A DNA stretch of 54,031 bases, the filler included, from Jimgerdemannia flammicorona (Eukaryota), in the NCBI GenBank assembly GCA_003990765.1. It is 2 parts of 2 records of this genome, joined end to end, with 100 filler letters (N's around TTAATTAATTAA, not from the genome) between each part and the next. Parts side by side here need not be neighbours in the genome. Positions count along the whole stretch, not along the records: positions 27,075 to 54,031 come from RBNJ01000675.1; 1 more part is not named here. One strand, 5' to 3'. A model generated the notes under the pieces. That model was not told where the DNA came from. It did not search any database and was given only the letters and a program-made list of their open reading frames with translations. The position numbers and the translations under genes are program-made. Within the stretch, counting starts at the first letter, position 1. The number at the start of each line of letters is the position of its first letter. Below are positions 48,911-54,031 of the stretch, piece after piece.

Positions 48911-50464
48911 GATTTTAAATCAATGTGACTTTCCAGCTCACAAGAACCCATAGTCAAACTGGATACATTTGATACAATACCAATCTCTGTCAAGGAGAAC
49001 CAGTTATCACCAGCATCTGGACAGAAAGAGAAGTAATCACCTCAAGACTTGCCAACTACCTAGCATCAGAAGGATCCCAACCAGAACCAGAAGGCAGTAC
49101 AGCCTGAAATCCCCAACCAGATCAACCAGACAACACAGGTGGCCCTGTTGGAGATTTTGAAGAACTTGCACAAGAACTAGAAGATCTTATTATACAAGCC
49201 TGAGATCTTACAGCCAGATACCCCATACTAGTCCCATCAATATTACCAATGGAACCTTTACCACAAGCCCTTGCAGAATTGAAAGTCACTCCTACAAGAA
49301 TACCTAGACTCATTCCACTTTGTCCAAGGACCAGAACACTATCGTCAAGATACCCAAGCACCCCCATCTCCAGTGATAGCTCAGAAAGTGAATCAGAATC
49401 AGAATCTGAACCAGAACCAGAATCAGAAGAAAGTGATGACAAAATGGCCACCTCATTGCCAATATTTGCAAGATATCCAGAGAAAGACCTCGGAGAATTC
49501 CTTGATGGAATTGAAGGAATCACAGCTCTGAGGAATCTCTCAGATAAAAGAAAAATTGCCATCTACAAGACTCAGCACAGAGAACCAGCTAGAGGAATTT
49601 TTCACCAAATAGCAAATAACCCAAAATTAGAACTGGTGAGACAGATATAAGCAGTAATGTCTTATGAGCTAGAATATGTGGCCATGGTCCACTGGCTCAT
49701 TGAAAAGTATGCAGGAAATGAGACCTGCCATAAGGCTCAAGAATCCATCATTGGGATGAAGATGAATCTTGGAGAATCACCCAGAGCCTTCTTCACAAGA
49801 ATCTAGAAGAGAATGTATGCTGCTGGGTTCAATGCCACCAACCAGAACATCATAGATCCAATGACCTTCATGAATGGAATTCCCCTGAACATTGTCCAGC
49901 ATGTCTGCATCCTAGACATCAAAAGGTCTGAATAGCAAGTAGATGTAGCTCAAGGATTCTTTGATGTTAGACAAGGAACTACCTGGAGTAATAATGACAA
50001 GAAAGAAGATAAAGAAGACATCCTGGTCAAAGCCCTACAAGGACTCCTTCAAGGACAAGAAAGATCCAAAGAAAGAAGGCCAGCTAAAGAAGAAAAGAAG
50101 GACAGAAGTGAAATCCAAGACCTCAGCTCCAAGTTAGACCAACTGGTTGGACAGATTGAAAAACTCACCTTATGTGAAATTGGAGCTACCAAGACAATAG
50201 AGGATACACACCATGAGGGGGCTTGCTCGAGATCACAGGTCAATGAATGCAGGAAGGTCTTGGGCATATAGTACCCAAAATGTTTCAATACTGTTGTTTA
50301 TCTAAGGCATTTCTAAATGAGGCATAGTCTCCTTTTTTGGTACTAGCGTGGTGTATACATTACTTCTATATGTAATTCTACCATTCACCCAACATTACTT
50401 CATATACGCTTTACACTTACGCTTTTGTGCTTCCATATATTCATAGGTATTTCATTACATTACC

Positions 50465-51886
50465 ATGGTCCTCTCCACAAATTCCTGCCTTTTGTGTCGA
50501 TATGAGCCTTCCCATACATCGAAGGGCCAACATGACCTGGGCTCTGCTGCCTGCCCTTTCTGCTCAGACATCAATTTCATCGAGCGTGTGCTCCGCTTTC
50601 TGCAAGATGACCTGGAATCTGATAGCGAGAACCCCAATGTTACTATCCTCATAGATTATCTCACCACCCTCCCTGATCACTCTACTTCTGCACCCTGCCG
50701 AATCACACATCTATTGGTGTGTGCCACATCCAAGGCTCCCGCTAGTGCTACGGTGGCCAGACCAGCATTTTTCAGCACACTGGCCTCTGATGTTTCCATC
50801 AAAGCCAGCATTGCTCAGCTCCAAGAGCATGCATCCATACAAGACCATCGGTTTGACGAACCTTTTCAGCTTTTATGCTCTCGCCCCGACATCATATCTT
50901 CGGTGGCACTGGCTAGTGCAGTTCCTGCTGTTTCTGGTCAGGACGCATCTCCCATCATTGATCAAGCCTTTATCGATCATGCTACTGCCTCTCTTATGGC
51001 AGTTCTCATATCCCCATCCTCATCCCAGTCCTTACTGACTATCCCTTCAGTTTGGTCCACCAGCATTCATGGCCCTGCCGGTAATCCCCAGGGTGAGTCT
51101 ATCCCTATACCTCGTTCTGTCATCTCTGCCCATACCATTGTCCGAGGCATCAATCTCTCTTTAAAATATGCCCATATTAATCAATGGCTATTGGCCACAG
51201 TCATTGACAATTCATTCACTGCCATGTTGCTCAGCCGTTTCTTGGAACAAAACGTTGTTTCTATTGGTAGTCTTCCTGATGCTCAATTCATCGAAACGTT
51301 TGATGAATCAGGTGCTCAGATCATTCTTCGAAAGCCACCATCCCTTATCAAAGATCTTCTGGATGTCCCTGCTTTCCTCGCTGCCCTGCTTATATATTTC
51401 AGCATTCTTCATGACATGTACCTGGGCCACACTGATCCAACTCCATTCTTTTCATATGCCGCGGATTTTATTTTACTATCAACATCATCATATTTGTCCG
51501 CACTTCTCAATTATCATGTCTCCTTTCACACAAAATGACTGGTGGAGATCGCGAACAATGGTGTTTCTTTGGTATGGTGCGAGAACTGGGCCTGGCGCAA
51601 CCCTGACCTCTTTATGATCCTTAGTCTACATCAACATCCACGAACTCCGACCTCTACATCTAATCTGCTTAAGCCCTTCAAGTCTTGCAACATACAACAG
51701 GGGCTACATCTTACTGATGGCTCCTCCGCTCCATCTTCTGGGAATGCCTCTCAATGGTCTACTTGTTGGGCATACAATGGCGTTCTATTCGATGGATCAC
51801 CCTTGAAGGATCCTGGGTACAACAGAAAAGGATGCCCTTATGCACATTCCTGTTCTCGCTGCAATAGTAATCATCTGTGGTATTGA
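50465..51886 (+). pseudogene. YR-retrotransposon ORF1 (gag-like), one in-frame TGA at 51536
   Basis: ORFs 50465..51538 and 51542..51886 are in the same frame. C-terminal CWAYN...CPYAHSCSRCNSNH zinc-finger pattern typical of DIRS/Ngaro gag. Confidence 0.75.
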
Positions 51887-51889
51887 TGC

Positions 51890-53590
51890 TCCCACAATCC
51901 ATTGTCTCACCCCTAGGAACTCGCCCCCATTTATTTTTTACACATACCCTCAGCCGCTCCAAATACCCTACTCTGTCGCCCATTTACTGCTCTTCTTAAC
52001 AAAGCTGCTCAAGACATTCTACATCATTTTCCTCTTCCTTCTTCCACTCTTTGCCCTGTCATGTAGGTGTATCAGCTCCAGTTATATCCTGACTCACAAG
52101 TGGCTCAGGCTGCCATTGCCGCTATTACTCAAGGTGCTCTTCTTGGCTTTGATGGGCCTTGTCGGCACCTGCTGTCCTACAATCATCACTCCACTCTTGA
52201 CCACCTGGAAGCGATCATGTCTGACATTGAGCAGGAAGTCGCCACCGGTAGAATTTGTGGCCCGTTCTCATCCCCTCTGTTCAAATGCTTTTGCTCATCT
52301 CCTCTCGGTGCCATCGTGAAGAAGAATTCTAATAGCGCATGACATCGTATTCACGACCTTGCTTGGCCCCATCACAGCGATTTGGTGAATGCTGGCATAG
52401 ATACCAACACCTTCCAGCTCTTGTACATTAAGTTTGATGAGGCTTTGGACTTGGTTCTTCATTTTGGCCAGGGATGTCTTCTATTGAAGGTTGACCTCAC
52501 CAATGCATATTGTCATATTCTCATCCATCCTATGAATTGGGAGTTGCTGGGTTTCGAGTGGTTGGAGCAGTTTTATTTCAATCAGTTCGCTCCTTTTGGC
52601 ACATCCTCATCACCATTTCTTTTCAACCTTTTCATGGAACTTCTCACATGGATCGCCCACCATCACGACATATGCGTGCTCATCCACTACATCGACGATT
52701 TCCTCCTCATTTTGCCACCATTCCGGCCACTTGCCCTCTCTGACCTATGTTTACTTCTTGCCATCTGTCTTCATCTTGGCTGGTCGATTCAAGAGTGCAA
52801 GGTTGAAGGCCTGACAACATCACTTCTCTTTCTGGGCATCAAATTGGATACAATGGCTATGGAAGCCTGCCTGCCTCTCAGCAAGCTTGATATGTTGCTT
52901 GCCACTCTTCAGCAGTGGCCATCGCGCATGCTATGTACACACCCTCAACTGCAGTCTCTTATTGGTTCCTTGGTATTTGGCTGTAAAATCATTCTGCCAG
53001 GCTGCCCATTCCTGCAGCAGTTTATCGACCTTCTTTCCGGCAACACCTCATTCCATATCTCACTGAATGAGGAATTCTATGCCGACATTCATTGGTGGCT
53101 CAAATTCCTACCTCACTGGAATGGTATTTCCATTATACATCTGGGGGTATGGTTCCACGAGCCTGATGTACAATTATGGATAGACACCAGTGGGATCCAA
53201 GGCTTTTGGACACATTTCAATAGCAAATGGTTTTCTGCTCCCTGGCCTTCTGATATCACCTCGCATGATATTCAGTTCAAGGAACTTTACACTGTGGTCA
53301 CTGCCGCTGCTACCTAGGGCACTCAATGGTGTTTTCACCATATATTGCTACATTCTGATAATTAGGCAGTCATCACTATTATTAACTCGGGCTCTTCATG
53401 CAACCCTCTTCTGCTGGAACTTCTCTGCCAGCTCTATTTTCAAATGGCACATCACGCTTTTCAACTTTGCACCACATTCATCTCGATGTCTGATAACGGC
53501 ATTGCTGATACTTTATCCCATACTGATCTTCCTCATTTCTGTCATCTTACCCCCTACGCTCAGACGCTCCTGAGCACGATTGGTATCATT
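51890..53590 (+). pseudogene. YR-retrotransposon RT + RNase H, with stops
   Basis: GRICGPF, SPLGAIVKK, KVDLTNAY, PFGTSSSPFLF, HYIDDFL, FLGIKLDT, DTSG, DIQFKELY, HSDN, NGIADTLS. Stops at 52340 and 53315 among others. Start approximate. Confidence 0.9.
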
Positions 53591-53729
53591 TGCATTCTGT
53601 GCTTCCGCCTATTGTTGTCTTCTTTTTGCGGTTCGGACTAGCAAAATCAATGCATCACTCATACTCTTCAGGACAACATAGCTTCCTCCAATTCTGCAAT
53701 CTCCATGGTGGTAATCATGCCTCCAGTGG
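53590..53729 (+). pseudogene. N-terminus of the tyrosine recombinase ORF, truncated by a LINE insertion
   Basis: GLAKSMHHSYSSGQHSFLQFC matches the LAxSTxxxYxSxxxxFxxFC start pattern of DIRS/Ngaro YR proteins. Confidence 0.65.
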
Positions 53730-54031
53730 CACTACAATTCACGTTACACACACTTTTCACCACACTTTCAAAGCATTTATTGGAGAAAGATATTAAGGAG
53801 ATGTCAACCAGTAAGCAAGCTGATGCACGTACTAGGTCGGGTGGACCTGGGGCCTTCAACTGGCAGCATGTCGGGAGAGGGTATGGATTGGGGATGGGGT
53901 CTTTTGGTGGCTCGAGTGGGCAGGGCAGCTCGGGTAGTGGAGGTGGCACTGGTGGGGGGGCTGGAGGGAAGCAGGGGAGGAGCTTTGCGGACACGCTGAG
54001 GGGTGGGGGCTGGCCATTGGGCACTCATGGT
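53730..54031 (+). mobile_element. 5' end of a young LINE copy (ORF1 ATG at 53801), runs off the window
   Basis: CTACAATTCACGTTACACACACTTTT then MSTSKQADARTRSGGPGAFNWQHVGRG, nearly identical to copy 1 but with CpGs retained. Confidence 0.92.

Larger units (their letters stand above)
47387..50216 (+). mobile_element. LTR retrotransposon 5' part: 1504-bp LTR (47387-48890), PBS, decayed gag; interrupted by the YR element
   Basis: LTR bounded by inverted TGTAACA...TGTTACA, TATAAA near 47712, AATAAA near 47737, PBS 2 nt downstream, gag-like ORF 49249..49650 (LPIFARYPEKDLGEFLDGIE). Confidence 0.88.
50217..53729 (+). mobile_element. DIRS/Ngaro-type tyrosine-recombinase retrotransposon, interrupted in its YR gene
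   Basis: gag-like ORF, RT/RNase H ORF and the start of a YR ORF in overlapping frames. Left boundary inferred from where similarity to the LTR gag copy (about 38120) stops. Confidence 0.9.

Overview
Eukaryotic, almost certainly fungal, repeat-dense DNA. The intron style and the concanavalin A-like repeat family suggest Mucoromycota, but that is inference. About 88% of the window is nested, variably decayed transposons: at least 8 copies or fragments of one L1/Tx1-like LINE family (two full-length with target-site duplications, TSDs), Ty3/Gypsy remnants, a probable solo LTR, two copies of a long-LTR retroelement with a tRNA-Pro-like primer site, a DIRS/Ngaro tyrosine-recombinase retrotransposon, and two copies of a palindromic hAT-type MITE. 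An artificial N-linker at 26975-27074 means the two halves may not be adjacent in the genome. There is one intact host gene, at 30293-35326 (+). My hand-built 11-exon model (all introns GT-AG, all phases consistent) gives 1322 aa: an N-terminal CHAT caspase-like protease with His/Cys motifs intact, an NB-ARC-like STAND NTPase with winged helix, and three tandem concanavalin A/LamG-like domains where TPR, WD40 or ankyrin repeats would normally sit. This NLR-like protease with a putative lectin-fold sensor is the best candidate for an undescribed system. All domain calls come from reading motifs by eye; no searches were run.
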